A stretch of 64,000 bases of DNA from Mytilus trossulus (GCF_036588685.1 NC_086380.1:75826001-75890000); one strand, 5' to 3'; positions 1 to 12,700 are shown, numbered from the stretch's first letter. Notes: generated by a model from the sequence alone, not told the origin. Numbers and translations are program-made.

Positions 1-607
1 GAACCAAACCTTCTCTCTTAAATATGAGGATATGATTTTTCATTATATTTTGCGTTACCATTGTATGATCAACTGTTGTTTTCGCTCTGTTGCGAAGGGT
101 TTTAAAACTTTTAAAAAGAGAATTTGAAGGTTCAAAGCTTATATACGCTAGTAAATTATTATGTTATAAATAATACAGTTTTGTTTAAGTTATTAATCAA
201 AATTAAATGTACAAATTTACAATACTAAAACAACGTCAGAAAAGTTAAATTATATACATGCATCAAGCTGAGAAACCCGGGAAAACAAGGTTATCATAGC
301 CTTTCAACCGAAAAGAGTTATATGTTTGCTTACCTTTATCAAATATTTTTTTTGTACCTCAGCTAAAGTTAGTATATTCATAGCCATTAAAATAATTTAT
401 TTTGTCAATTCACACTGTTCAACCGAAAACTAATTATTTATGTACTCTAGGCACCTTATTTTCTGACGACACGCTCATACCAACTACGAAAATAATACGT
501 ATATCTCAATTATTTGTAGTGAAATTATTTCCATATTTATACAGACAAACACCATTAAAGAGACTGTCAGGTACGGTGACCATCTTCGAGTGTACAAAGA
601 AATCATG

Positions 608-1505
608 TCAGATGCCTGGTTTTCTAGAAACAGACAAACGTTTATCTAGAATGTCAGCAATGTATCCATCTTTCGCTTTTTAGTTTTTTTAACAACCATG
701 CACTAAAAAGGGTCTTTCTGAAATTCCATTATTTGTGTCTGCAGAAGCACTGCCTGATCTGAAACTATGAAGGCCATACAATTTTGCATCTTTAGCAATG
801 AAAGAAAGTGCAGCTTTAATAATTTCTCTTGCACGCGTATATAACATTTTTAAACTCTTTGTTCTTAAAACAAATTTGCTATATTTTTTTAACATAAGTA
901 TACAAAATCAGACAAAATACATATTAGAAGTCAAAACAATGTCACATGCTTTTGTAATCCAACAAAATTGCTACGAGACAAAACAGTGTATTCGTTTCAG
1001 CTATAACAACGCTTTTTCTTTTCCTGTAACAGTCTGTTTTGCCGCTAGAGATAAAAATGTCTAAATATCCTGGTTTGAAAGCCAGGTAACTGGCCTAAAT
1101 TGAACAAAGTTCATTATATCTCTAGAATCCTGCGTATGGAACCTTGCAATTTGATAATATTTGCAGATCTATAACATGTATAAGTGTCCTAGGATTACAA
1201 AATCTATAAAACAGTTGTTATAGAAATATCAAATTTGGGTTCTGTCTTCTGTATAGGCCTAGTCAAAATTGTTTTCGAAGATTTGACTATACTATTAACT
1301 AAATCTGATTTTCAAGGATCAAATAAATTTGCTAACTTGTGTGCCCACTTCATACTATAAAACGCCGTTTAAACTGAAATACAATGCTTCACTGTCTGCA
1401 TGAGATGTTGTAAATAAAGGCACATGTACAATTCTGGTAGGATTGAATCTATTTCTGGATATTTTTGCGCCCAGGCTAAAAATCTTTCAAAACCGTAAGC
1501 ATACT
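608..1505 (-). pseudogene. Tyrosine recombinase pseudogene of the DIRS/Ngaro relic
   Basis: HSFRSG (H-x-x-R) motif in ORF 689-895 and a catalytic-Tyr-like DGY just downstream; frameshifted. Confidence 0.8.
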
Positions 1506-1523
1506 TGAAAACGGTTGGCTTTA

Positions 1524-1690
1524 ATGAATTGTTTTACATTGTCTTATCGGGGTCTTTTATAGCTGACTATGTTGTATGGGCGTTGCGCATTATTGAAGGC
1601 CGTGTGGTGACCTATAGTTGTTAATGTTTGTGCTATTTTGTGGATAGTTGTCTCATCGGCAATCATACCACATCTTCTTTTTTTATATTT
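1524..1690 (-). repeat. Interspersed repeat, inverted partial copy of the repeat at about 11590-11900
   Basis: GTTGTCTCATCGGCAATCATACCACATCTTCTTTT and its flanks are the near reverse complement of AAAAGAAGATGTGGTATGATTGCCAATGAGACAAC at about 11594. Confidence 0.8.
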
Positions 1691-4399
1691 GTTCTCGAAT
1701 CAATTACAGTCGAACGTAAATGAGACAAAAGTATTTTTCAATTCTGAACTTTGTACAGGGTCACTGTTATTCCAAAATCCTGATGAAAAACATCTCTTCA
1801 AACAAAAACTTCTTTTAATTTATTTTATAAGGAAATCATTGAATCAACTGTAACATATAGATATAGTTACCTCTAATGGCCAGAAGTGGCCGGCCCAGTG
1901 ACCAACTATCACCCAGTGGTGAACACAAAAAAGGTCCAATGACCAAACAAAACACATTTCATAGGTCCAATGATCTAGTACACTACCAACGTAGGTCCAG
2001 TTGCACAGTGCATCTGTATAAACATAGTCCAATTACCACTTGTAACATACATTCTAATAAAACAGTAAAGGTCAAAATGGTACCAAAGACCATCTAGGGA
2101 CAAGCAAAGTACTATTTGATCTGCATTTAACTAAATTTATTTTCATTGATGCAAGCGAAACTGGAGGTACATGTACCTACCGATTGTTTTCACAAGACCA
2201 ATGACATGTAAAAGCATCAGTAGCCACGGTTCCAATAGCTCAAATAAGGTCTTATAGTTTTTGCATTTTCAGTATTTGCAAATCTATCTAAACTGTGATG
2301 GCTCCATATTAAATCTAGAAATCTAAAAATTTCAGGAGAAACACCCAAATCATCTACACCTTCTATTTACTTAATAAACCAGTTTTTTTTTGTTTTGTTC
2401 CAGAGGAATCCTAAGTATGTGTTAAGAAATGTTATGTAAAACACTGAGATGAAAAAAGTCTAATGCTTAGTTCTGTAACTTGGGCAACTTACTGCCTTTC
2501 GCCACTATATACTCACAGCATTTATCGCCATCCATGTGGAGCTTCTAAATTTCTAATGATTTAACCACATCTTGTGAAAAACATAAGCTAAATCTGAATT
2601 TACGGATACGAGTGACACAGCCACCAGCGCCTGTGTCACTCGTATCCATAAATACATGAAAATCTGAATAAAACATTTCAGTTGGTTTTAGCGAAAAAAT
2701 ATTCTCTTACCAAATCCACAACTTTTCAATACAATCTTGAAAAGGAAACACAATTATTAATTGATTGCAATGCTCACGTTGATTGATCACTAAGAAAATA
2801 TTTCTAGTCATAATCTGTGTTTCCAAACCAATAGCAAATTTTAATGAGACAATCTTACCGCAACATCTGCCTAAATCTCTGATTTTAACTAGCGAACCTG
2901 TTTGTAATAAATAGCATAACTGAACAATATCACTTAATATTTTGTTTGGAACTGAAAGTTTTCCCAATTTCAAATCCCAGTGCAAATCTAACCAGTCTAA
3001 ATGTTGCGATGGGTTCCAGTTGCACTTATCTCTGTTAGGTACACACTCCGAATCAATCAGATATGTTTTTATAACTTTAGTAAATATATAACTGCTTGTT
3101 CTTTGACCAAATGGAAGTATCGTAAAAATATAAAACTTGTTTTTACATTGAAAACCTTAATACTATCTGTGTGCACGGAAGACATCTATGTCATGACAGC
3201 CAGACTTTAAATCAGAAATAAATCTAACCTCTTTGACTTAATATATTGACTGACTGTTTTCGAATCTTCAAATTCAACTCATTCTACTTAAAACTACATG
3301 ACGTACATTCATGTTAAATATTAGCCTTTCTTTACCTTTCGATTTGACAGATACTGTTAACGGATTTATTACATATGGTCGAACGGAAACTATCTCAGCT
3401 GACCCTGAAATACATAATCTTCAATTACTAAATCTACTTTTTTTCATTCATGAAAGCAGATTTTTTTTATTCCAGCCGGCGTTTGACTTATTGGCTATCC
3501 GGATCAGCTTGTTACGCTTCTTAAGTATTTGTACCGACTATTCAAGAAGCTTCGAAGCTCTAGCGGGCCTTTTACAATCAGTATACACCACGGCTCTATA
3601 ATGTCTATTATGTCAGGGATTCAATTCAAATTGGATCCAGTTATCTTTGGACAAAAAAGAGGTTTCAACCTCCTTCTCCTTCTTAGTCAGACTGTGAGTT
3701 TCGTCGTCCAAGTTTCTTTCGATAAAAGCAACCTTAATGTCAATGTAAGTCTTGAACAAAGACAACAAATCTGCATTAACTACTTCCTCGTTACAATATC
3801 TGTCTGGTTCAACGGACTCCTTACTGAGTACTTCAATGTCAGACATTCTTCCTATACCCAAATACACGTACACACTACTCGTTAGATGGTCTCCACCCTT
3901 GTCGATAACTTTTCTCGTGCACGACTTTAGATACTAACGGAACTTCTTTCTCTACTGTTATTAAATTAACTTTTTACCTGAACTCGCAAATTCATTCGCC
4001 TGTCGTACCTACATATATTAATAGTTTTCCATCCCTAAATGAACAGTATATACTGTAAGAAAACAATGCATGAATTGGCGATTGTTGTAGGAAAAAAAAA
4101 GAGTCAATGTATTTCACTGGTTGATTGATGTACTAATTATATAAATACTGTAATAAAAGGACTGTGCATAAATATATACATGTGTTAATGTATACTTATT
4201 TTGCACTTTTTCAAAATCTTTTTTTTTAAATTTTACATGGCAATATATAAAATAATCTTATTCTGAATAAATAAGTAGATTTTATCAAAGGACAAACATT
4301 CACATGTTTACAACAACTAAAAGAAATAAAAAATACCTGAAATGCAACACAACCACTTGACTGAAAATGTTATGTGGTTATACCCCCTTCACATACACG

Positions 4400-4730
4400 A
4401 ATGTTTCTTACGAATGCTAACGAATCACCAAAATTTACAAGATTCGTTAAACTTTAACGAATCTTTTGCGAATAAACCACTTTTACGAGTGATTTGCGAG
4501 TGCTTTACGATTGGTTACGATTTACTAAGAATGAATGCGATGCTTTTACGATAACAGTAGACGATTCATTGCGAATAGATACGAGCAATTAACGAATGCA
4601 TACGAGTGTTTTGCGAGCACAATACGAATGGTAACGATCTGATCCAAGTTTTTACGATTGGTTAACGAATAGTTTACGATAGCCCACGAACATTTGCGAT
4701 TGAGTTACGAGTGTTTTACGAATGTTTATT
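4400..4730. repeat. Left subterminal array of the Harbinger element (TTACGA/TTGCGA motifs)
   Basis: Dozens of short (T)TACGA/TGCGA/AACGA motifs spaced about 11 bp apart. Confidence 0.85.
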
Positions 4731-4820
4731 TTTTTTGCAATGGGAAATGCATGCACTCATATAGATAGTAGGCCATACAGTCTCATTTATTATCCATGTA
4801 AACATTCGGAGTAACAAGAC

Positions 4821-6566
4821 ATGTCTTACGAGAGAAATAAATTATTACTCTTCCATAACTTCCTTCGACTTCTTCTTCCACTGGAACAGAGGGCAGAGGA
4901 AGAAAATCAACAACTGTTTCCTCTTTGTTTTAGGAGGAGGAGGAGGCGGACTCAACGTAGAATTTGGTGCAGGCCATGGCTCATCAGAAGAACTTTGTTT
5001 GGACAATATGACCAAATCCTGCATGAGCTTAACCGGGAAGATGCGTCTGGTTACAGAAACTTTTTAAGAGTTGATGCCGACTTGTTTGGGGAGATACTTG
5101 ACAGAATTACCCCTGCAATCAGAAAAAGCTCTACCTCTTTCAGGTAAGTACTTCAATTTTCAAGCAAAATAAAACAGAAATGTACATTAAGAATAATAGT
5201 TAGTTTTATTTTGTATGCTGACTATATCATATGAATATCCGACGGTGCCGAAGGACGAGGCTTGGATTTTCCGCATGATATAGTCAGTTTAGAAAACCAT
5301 ACTAACTGTTTTTTCAGAAATTCATATCTAAGTAAAAAGGTCAGCAAAACAATCTTTTAAAAAACTTTCCTTAAGCACTTTGCTTCTAAATAATTCAATT
5401 TAATACAAAGTGAACAAAGTACGTGTTAGTAACGCCCCAAATAACGTTTGTATTCATATGGAAGTGGGTATATTAAACTGTCTTGTCTTTTGTTATTCTA
5501 ATGTATGACACATTTCCAGTTTACCTTTTATGCGACAAAAAATATTCTTTTAATTGCATTGTAAGTTTAGATAAATATTTCTCGTTACAGGGAACCACTT
5601 GAACCAGGACTGAAGTTAGCCGTTACACTCAGACATCTGGCTACCGGTTCCACGTATGCTGATCTTATGTATGCCTTTCGTGTTGCCCGGAACTCCATAT
5701 CACTCTTTGTGCCTAAAGTCTGCGAAGCAATTTACTTAGCATACAAAGATGAAGTCATGCCGGATGAGATTACGACGGAAGATTGGATGCGTATAGCATC
5801 TGACTTTGAAAGAATATGGAACCTCCCACACGCTTGTGGTGCTTTGGATGGGAAGCACATTAGAATAAGAAAACCGCCTAACTCGGGGTCGTTATTTTTT
5901 AACTACAAACATTTCTTCTCTACAGTGATGATGGCTCTAGTTAATGCAGATTATAAGTTTATTTGGCTGAGTGTGGGCTCATACGGAAGTGCATCTGATA
6001 GCCAGATGTTTAGGGACTCGGAACTACGACCAATGTTAGAAGATGGAACTTTGGATCTTCCGCCTCCCTCCCCTCTTCCAAATGGTGAAACAGATATTCC
6101 TTATTTTCTTATTGGCGATGACGCATTTCCTCTCCGATCATGGATGATGAAACCCTATTCAAGAAAACGTTTAGACCACGATGAGCGCATCTTTAACTAT
6201 AGGTTGTCCCGTGCACGGAGAATTGTGGAGAATGCTTTTGGCATTCTTGCCATGAGATTTCAGATTTTGATTGGAACTATGCAACAACTGCCAGAAACAG
6301 TAGATTTAATCGTACTGTCTTGTACTACTCTTCATAACTTACTTCGGATAAGGAAACGTGCTGATCTACAACTGTTTGCTGACGAAGAAGACAACAATCA
6401 TAATTTAATAGAGGGACAATGGCGACAAGGTGCGCAACTTACCGACGGAGACCCAGGGTATCAGAGAAATTTTGGTAACGCTGCTGGAATTGATCAAAGG
6501 AACTATCTTAAAAATTACTTCAACTCGGAAGCAGGCGCCGTAGATTGGCAAGAGAACATGATTTGA
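4821..6566 (+). CDS. Harbinger transposase (HARBI1-like DDE nuclease); two exons, 4821-5143 and 5591-6566; 432 aa
   Basis: GT-AG intron 5144-5590 (CAG|GTAAGT ... TTACAG|G). Splicing restores the family motif SFREPLEPGLKLAVTLRHLATG. Catalytic triad in GALDGKH, LIGDDAF and RIVENAFG. No stops or frameshifts. Confidence 0.93.
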
Positions 6567-7408
6567 CTGGTTCAGAAACATTGATTGTTTTGAATGCATC
6601 AGTATTGTGTTAATTGATGTAATGTTTAAAAATAAAAATTTAGATATAGATAGGACTATAAAAAATCTCAGAATGAGGTTCTATCATAATGAATAATTCA
6701 CTCCAACTTTGTTTGACATACACTTTATAATACAAATTTGTTGCAATACTAGTACTTGGAATGGTATTTAAGGGATAGAATATGAGTGAAGACGGGGAAT
6801 GTGTCAAAGAGGCAACGACCCAACACGCGCAAAAAAGAATAGGTTGAGTTTAAACACAAACTTTGATAAGCATCAATAAATGAGTTTCAGAATGATTTTG
6901 ACATTTAAGCTAAACGACGGTTGTCACACTTGAAGCAGGAGCTGCTAACCCTTCCAGGGTACTTGAGTTCACCACATTTTGTTTTTGTTTGGGGTCCATG
7001 TTGCTTTGTTTTTAGTTTTTGTTATGTTGTTATTTGTGTTGCCTGTTGTGTATTTGCCATGGCATTGTCTTCTTTGTGGTTTATGATTATTGATTGCTCC
7101 TTAGTGTGTTCGAATTTGATTTACAACTAAATGTACATTGAAAAGGGCACAGGCGCCAAGTAATGGCAAAAGATTCCGTTTGCATATTACACTTTTCAGC
7201 GATGTCATTTTTTATTGGTTTTGTTTAAAAATTTTGGTTCCTAAAATAAACAACATAAACAAATGTGGATTAACCTATTTCTTTTCATTCTCAAAAAAAG
7301 CTACAAATTTTCTACAATCTACAAATAGTTATACATTTAAAGGTTCTCTATTCAAGATTTTCCTAAATCTTTTCTAAATGAAAATAAACAGTCATTCACG
7401 TCGAAGAT

Positions 7409-9253
7409 CTATATGAAAGGTGTTTCTGGGTTTATTGTCTCATAAGCATCCGTCAGTACTGATGTTGTATCTGTCGCAGTTGATTCAATAGCACTTGGTG
7501 TCTGACTTGTAGTGTGAGTTGAGTATACTGTCTGTTGCTGTTGACCCATTAAGATAGGTTGCAAGTTAGTCGGTTGCAGTTCTGCCCATTGGTATCGACC
7601 ATATTGTTGAAGGACGTCAGCTGGCGGATTCGAAGCTGCTAAGTTGCGTGCAATGATATAGTCGCGATCAGTAGACATTTGTTGCGGCTGACGATGCCTG
7701 AACGACATGGATGATGTTGTCGGTCTAATTGAAGGCCTGTTATTTCCTACTGCAGTTTGCTGTTGAGGTTGTAATTGGGTAAATTGAGGTAATGTTTGGC
7801 GATTTACTTGCTGGGAAGGGTCTGTGAATGTAGATGAAAGCTGGGATGGCTGTATAAAATCATCCCTTGGCGGTTGTTGTGTTTGACGCTGTTCCTGTTT
7901 AGACTGTTTAACATACTCCATTGCCTTGAAGATAGTTTCATTCGTAAAATCCTCCAGACAGGAAGGGGTCATCTTTGCCATTAGCGTACTAAGGAAAACG
8001 CAGGTCTTCTCTATGTCACTCTTTGGGACTGCTAACTGCTGAGAAACTTTTTCTAGGCAGTCAGATATCTTTGTTGTAGTTGACGGTGTTGTCACTGACT
8101 GTGGTGTACTTTCCATGGTCGTTATTGATGGAACTGATGACTCACTGCAGTCTGAGTACCGGTCAGGTTTCTTGATCTGTGACCCCTTGGTTCCTCTTGC
8201 CTGACAGACAAAGGGTTTTACAAACTCGAATTTCTCCAACAACCAGCTAGTTCTAGATGTTAGCAAACCATCTCCGACACCGGCTCCGGATCGTGTGGTG
8301 TTTTCTCTTTTCTTTACTTCTTTCACATACGTGGTTCTTAAGGACGTATACCATCTTTGAAGATCACCGGGATTCAACTTCATCCTCTGTTCCATTTCAT
8401 GCCATGTTCGCTCTTTTTTATCGCGATTTTTGAAATCAATACTTGTCTTGTCGTATAGAAAACGATTTGACTTTAACCACTCAATTACTTCGTCTTCCTC
8501 TTCGATCGTCAGTATTCTCGCACTTTTAGTTTTGGGTTTATTCTTCTTGCGAGTCTGAAAATACACAATGTCCATTTTCGTGATAACTATCAACGACTTT
8601 ACTATAAAATACACTCATAAATATTTTTATAATGACCGGTCTTTCAAGAAGTTCATATGCTGATTGCAATTGTTTGAAAAGTATCATAAACATTGTTATC
8701 TTTTTTAATTACATTTTTGCCAATACGTTCAACAACAGTTATACACTGGCCTCTGGATATAGATTCCGTGTTATAATTATTTTAACTTTAATCTTATTAT
8801 ATTGCTATTCTGTCCAACTAATCTGATTTAAATAATGCAGATTTTCTTTGCATGTATCGTATTTTGATGATTTATTTGAATAAAATGCAGTTCCTCAATT
8901 GCCAATTTCACTAAATGTCTGTCTATGAAACTCATACATTTTTTATGTGCTTTATAAAGGTGATTTTCAAAGACATTGAATAAGCAAATCTCATTTACTG
9001 CTGCACTGGTTGTGGCAGTGGCTATCAAATCGTCCTCATCTGAGGCAAAGTTTGAGCCGGCTGTATCAACATTGTCAGTATCTGAAAGTTGCTGCTCAGG
9101 ATATTCGATACCAACGGTTGGTGGGTTTGCCTCTGGTGGTGGTAATTCGGCGGGGTTTGGTGTTTCGGGCGATGGTGGTGGTGGTGTAGGGGATCTAGGT
9201 GAAGCAGGATTTGTCTTCCTTTTCCTTGCAGCAGGTCTTCTCTTTGGAGCCAT
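7409..9253 (-). CDS. Harbinger DNA-binding partner protein (MADF/Myb-SANT domain); two exons, 9253-8999 and 8554-7409; 466 aa
   Basis: Phase-0 intron 8998-8555 (GCA|GTAAAT ... TTTCAG|ACT). Basic NLS-like and Pro-rich N-terminus. MADF-like IEWLKSNRFLYDKTSIDFKNRDKKERTWHEM...LQRWYTSLRTTY...SGAG...WLLEKFEFVKPF, followed by a possible BESS-like helix and a Gln-rich tail. Confidence 0.88.
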
Positions 9254-9374
9254 GATTCAATAGTAAAATGCGACTTCCTTCTTCCACGATTTTATAACAA
9301 CTGAAACGAACTATTAGAATAAAAACAAAACCCCAATTTTATCGTCAAATCATTTGTTAAATATTCCTATTTGT

Positions 9375-9860
9375 AAAACATTCGCAAAGCACTCGCAAAG
9401 CAGTCGCAAAGTATTCGTATACATTCGTAAAGCAATCGGATATATTCGTAAAGCACTCGCGTGAATTCGTATCAATTCGTTAATCCATCGCAAAGCGATC
9501 GTAAACTGCTCGCAACTATTCGTAAATGAATCGTTAAACATTCTTAAATCAAACTGTTCACGATTTCTTGCGAATGATTTACGAGTTGTTGCGATCGGTT
9601 AACGATGCATTAACGAATTGTTGCGAGTGATTTGCGAGCTCTTTACGAATGAAATGATTCGTGGACATTCGTGTAAAATTTTTGGCATGTCCAAAAATTT
9701 CCAAATAGTTTTACGAATCGATACGATTGTCTGCGAATGTCTACGATTTGTTTAAGAGTGGTTTACGATTGCTTGCGAGTGATTTACGATTGCTTGCGAG
9801 TGGTTTACGATTGCCTGCGAATGCTTGCATTTGATAAAACAAACAACATTCGTAAGGAAT
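9375..9860. repeat. Right subterminal array of the Harbinger element
   Basis: TCGTAA/TCGCAA motifs at 9380-9540, followed by motifs in the opposite orientation (TTACGA/TTGCGA) at 9560-9830, including about 3 copies of a 22-bp unit GAGTGRTTTACGATTGCYTGC(G). Confidence 0.85.
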
Positions 9861-10041
9861 CGTAAGACACATTCGTGTATGTGAAGGGGGTATAAATCAT
9901 TTTGTTTTAACATATTAAAAACGTAAAATCACAAAAATACAGAACTCCGAGGATAATTCAAATAAGAAAGTTCTTAATCAAATGGCAAAATCAAGCGAAT
10001 GGAAAAACACTGTCATATTTTGGGTAAATATTTTCTTATGT

Positions 10042-10488
10042 ACACAGGCAAATTTCACTCACATAAATTTCACGTGAATTTCACCTCAAACGAGCTTATA
10101 TGTGAAACTCACGTGGAATCATATTTTGTGAGTTTCATGTGAATCTAATGTGAAACTCATTTGAATTTCAAATGATAATCACGTAAACAATTTTCACGTG
10201 AAATTCACATGAATTTTTTAAATAGAGTATTTCAAATAACATCTGAATTTTCAAATTTAATTTAAATCATGAAAAACATCATTTTTTTTGTTGTTGTAAA
10301 TTTCACGTGAAATTCATGTGAAAAAATTCACATCAGATTCATGTGAATATCAATTCACGTGAAATTCACATGAAAATTTTCACGTGCGTGTCATGTATAA
10401 GCTCGATTGAGGTGAATCCCACGTGAAATTTTCATGTGAATTTCATGTGAGATTCATGTGAAATTCATATGATCAAGTTTTGCCTGTA
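10042..10488. mobile_element. MITE-like element rich in TTCACGTGAA/TTCATGTGAA palindromes
   Basis: Ends ACAGGCAAA(T) and TTTTGCCTGT are inverted. The interior is built from repeated CACGTG/CATGTG-centred 10-mers. It appears to be inserted at a TA inside another repeat. Confidence 0.75.
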
Positions 10489-11589
10489 CAGAAAAAGGAA
10501 GAACAAACCTGGTTTTTAAAGTTAACGCAACCTCTCACTTGTATAATCGTTGCATCAAATTCCATAATATTGACAACGTTGCGTAAACAAAACAAACAGA
10601 CATAATAGGTAATAATGTCAAAAATAGGGATACATCAGTCAACATTGTGTTATAATCTTAATGACTTAATCACTATAGAAAAAAAATGTTGTAAATAATT
10701 CCAAAATGTCATAAAGACCCAGCATAATATATTGGGTTTTTTTAAGGACAAGAATACACAATTTTACCATAGGACAACACAATGACGGGATGTATAAGTA
10801 CCGAGACACGTTATACATGCATCAAAGAAACTTAAAACGGTCAAATAGGCAAAGCATATTAGAAAAAACGAAAGACAAGAATAAAAAAAAATGTATTGTA
10901 TAACAGCTCAATAACGGTAAATATGCTGTGTACATTTTATTATTTTGTACAGGCTATAATTGTACAAAAACTTTATACAAGACATTTCTTGTATGATGCC
11001 ATCATACAGGTTATTATTTGTATAAATATAATTGTACAAGTAATTACCTGTACATATTTTGTGGAGAAAAAGATAATAATTTGAATAACTAACTATCTTT
11101 TGTATTTTTGAAATTTATATAGTATTTGCTTTTCTTTTCTTATTTTTAAGTGTTTATTAGTATTGCTTTTGAATTGTTAGAAGTTTAAAGACGAACGAAG
11201 GACACAAAGTAATAACATAAGATTACGAGATATCTTGTTCAAATTTAGCTAACCAGCTTGATGCCACGTAAATACGTAGTTCTGGTGCAAAGTGACATAG
11301 TCGTAAAAAGCAAAAATGAATTGCTACCCTTCGTCCATTTATTTTCAAACATACATCATGAAAAAAAGTTGCATACATAAAATCATACATTGGAAACACA
11401 AATCAAGCCTAATAGATTAAAAATGATATGTGTTTGCACAAGACATGGAAGCATGGCATCTTGATTTACACAATGAGTCCATTTTTTGGATTTACATTTG
11501 CCTGTCTTACAGCCACTCCTACAGCTGTAGTGAACATAATCTTGGCCACAATTTAAAGAAAGCAATTATAATGCTTTCCTGACGTTAAT

Positions 11590-11900
11590 GTAGAAAAGAA
11601 GATGTGGTATGATTGCCAATGAGACAACTATCCACAAAAGAACAAAATGACACAAACTTTTACAACTATAGGTCACCATACGGCCTTCAACAATGAGCAA
11701 AGCCCATACCGCATAGTCAGCTATAAAATGCCCTGATAAGATAATGTAAAACAATCCAAACGAGAAAACTAACGGCCTTATTTATGTAAAAAAATTAACG
11801 AAAAACAAATATGTTACACATAAACAAACGACAACCAATGAATAACAGGCTCCTGACTTTGGGCAGGCACATACATAAATAATGTGGCGGGGTTAAATAT
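11590..11900 (+). repeat. Interspersed repeat inserted into the integrase pseudogene
   Basis: Interrupts the integrase C-terminal region; a related inverted copy lies at 1524-1690. Confidence 0.7.
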
Positions 11901-12279
11901 ATTGGAAACCCCAGTGTTCTCTTGTATGTCCAATATTGTCAATTTATTTTTCTGAATCTTTTCGATTTGATTTCGACTCATCAAACCAAACATGATTCCA
12001 ACTTTTGTACATATTTTATTTCCATTTACTGCAATATTAAGCACAACACCTTTAGTGTTTTTACAGTCCATTGGACCGCGGTCTACTCTTTGTACTAGTA
12101 TTATGACATTATCTCCAATATATATTGTTTTTATCTTCTTTTGGGAGAAGACAACATCTCATCAGCCGTTTTTGTTGCCCTGACAGGGCTCGTTTTCTCG
12201 CACGTATTATTTTGAAATTTGTGTCCGTTTCAACACTAGGTTCAGTTCTCGCACTAGTTGTAAAACTAATTTCAGTTTC

Positions 12280-12700
12280 AGTGTCAAGATCAGTTTCGTC
12301 TCAATGTTTGTGTCAATATCGGTTTCTATTTCATTTTTTGTGTCCATATCAGTTTCCATTTCAGTGTTTGTGTCCATATCAGTTTCCATTTCAGTGTTTG
12401 TGTCAAGATCGGTAACTGTTTCAGTGTTTGTGTCAAGATCATTTTTCATTTCAGTGTTGGCGTCAAGATCGGTTTCTGTCTCAGTATTTGTGTCAATATC
12501 GGTTTTGTCTCAGTATTTGTGTCAAGATCGGGTTCTGTCTCAGTATTTGTGTCAAGATAGTTTCTGTCTGAGTGTTTGTGTCAAGATCAGTTTCTGGTTG
12601 AGTGTTTGTGTCAAGATCGGTTACTGTCTCAGTGTTTGTGTCAAGATCAGTTTCTGTCTGAGTATTTGTGTCTAGATCAGTTTCTGTCTCAATGTTTGTT
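12280..12700. repeat. 30-bp minisatellite (about 14 copies) encoding ETETDLDTNT-like repeats on the minus strand
   Basis: Unit approximately TCAGTGTTTGTGTCAAGATCRGTTTCTGTC; in frame with the integrase linker in ORFs 12493-12888 and 12207-12449, apart from a frameshift. Confidence 0.9.

Larger units (their letters stand above)
608..3880 (-). mobile_element. Degenerate DIRS/Ngaro-type tyrosine-recombinase retrotransposon relic (gag-like, RT/RNase H and YR fragments)
   Basis: Minus-strand fragments: YR C-terminus GLHSFRSGSASA...AKDGYIADILDKRLSVSRKPGI* (ends at 608); YR N-terminal region around 1310-1505; RNase H-like DTSDTGAGG at about 2620-2650; RT-thumb-like HWDLKLGKLSVP...GKIVSLKFAIG (2707-2985); possible gag fragments at 3300-3880. 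Many stops and frameshifts, plus insertions at about 1524-1690 and 1870-2100. Termini not identified. Confidence 0.8.
4381..9892 (+). mobile_element. PIF/Harbinger DNA transposon, apparently intact and autonomous (about 5.5 kb, two convergent genes)
   Basis: 33-bp TIRs TACCCCCTTCACATACACGAATGTTTCTTACGA (4381-4413) and its reverse complement (9860-9892) with 1 mismatch; flanks TTA and TAA; encodes a DDE transposase (+) and a MADF/Myb-SANT protein (-). Confidence 0.95.

Noticed and set aside
8555-8998. ORF-track versions of the MADF gene (401 aa starting at 8614; 141 aa ending at 8828)
   Set aside because: Both run into the predicted intron; the spliced 466-aa model fits the splice signals better.
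12280-12700. Possible CRISPR-like array (30-bp periodicity)
   Set aside because: The units are head-to-tail with no unique spacers, the context is eukaryotic and there are no cas genes.
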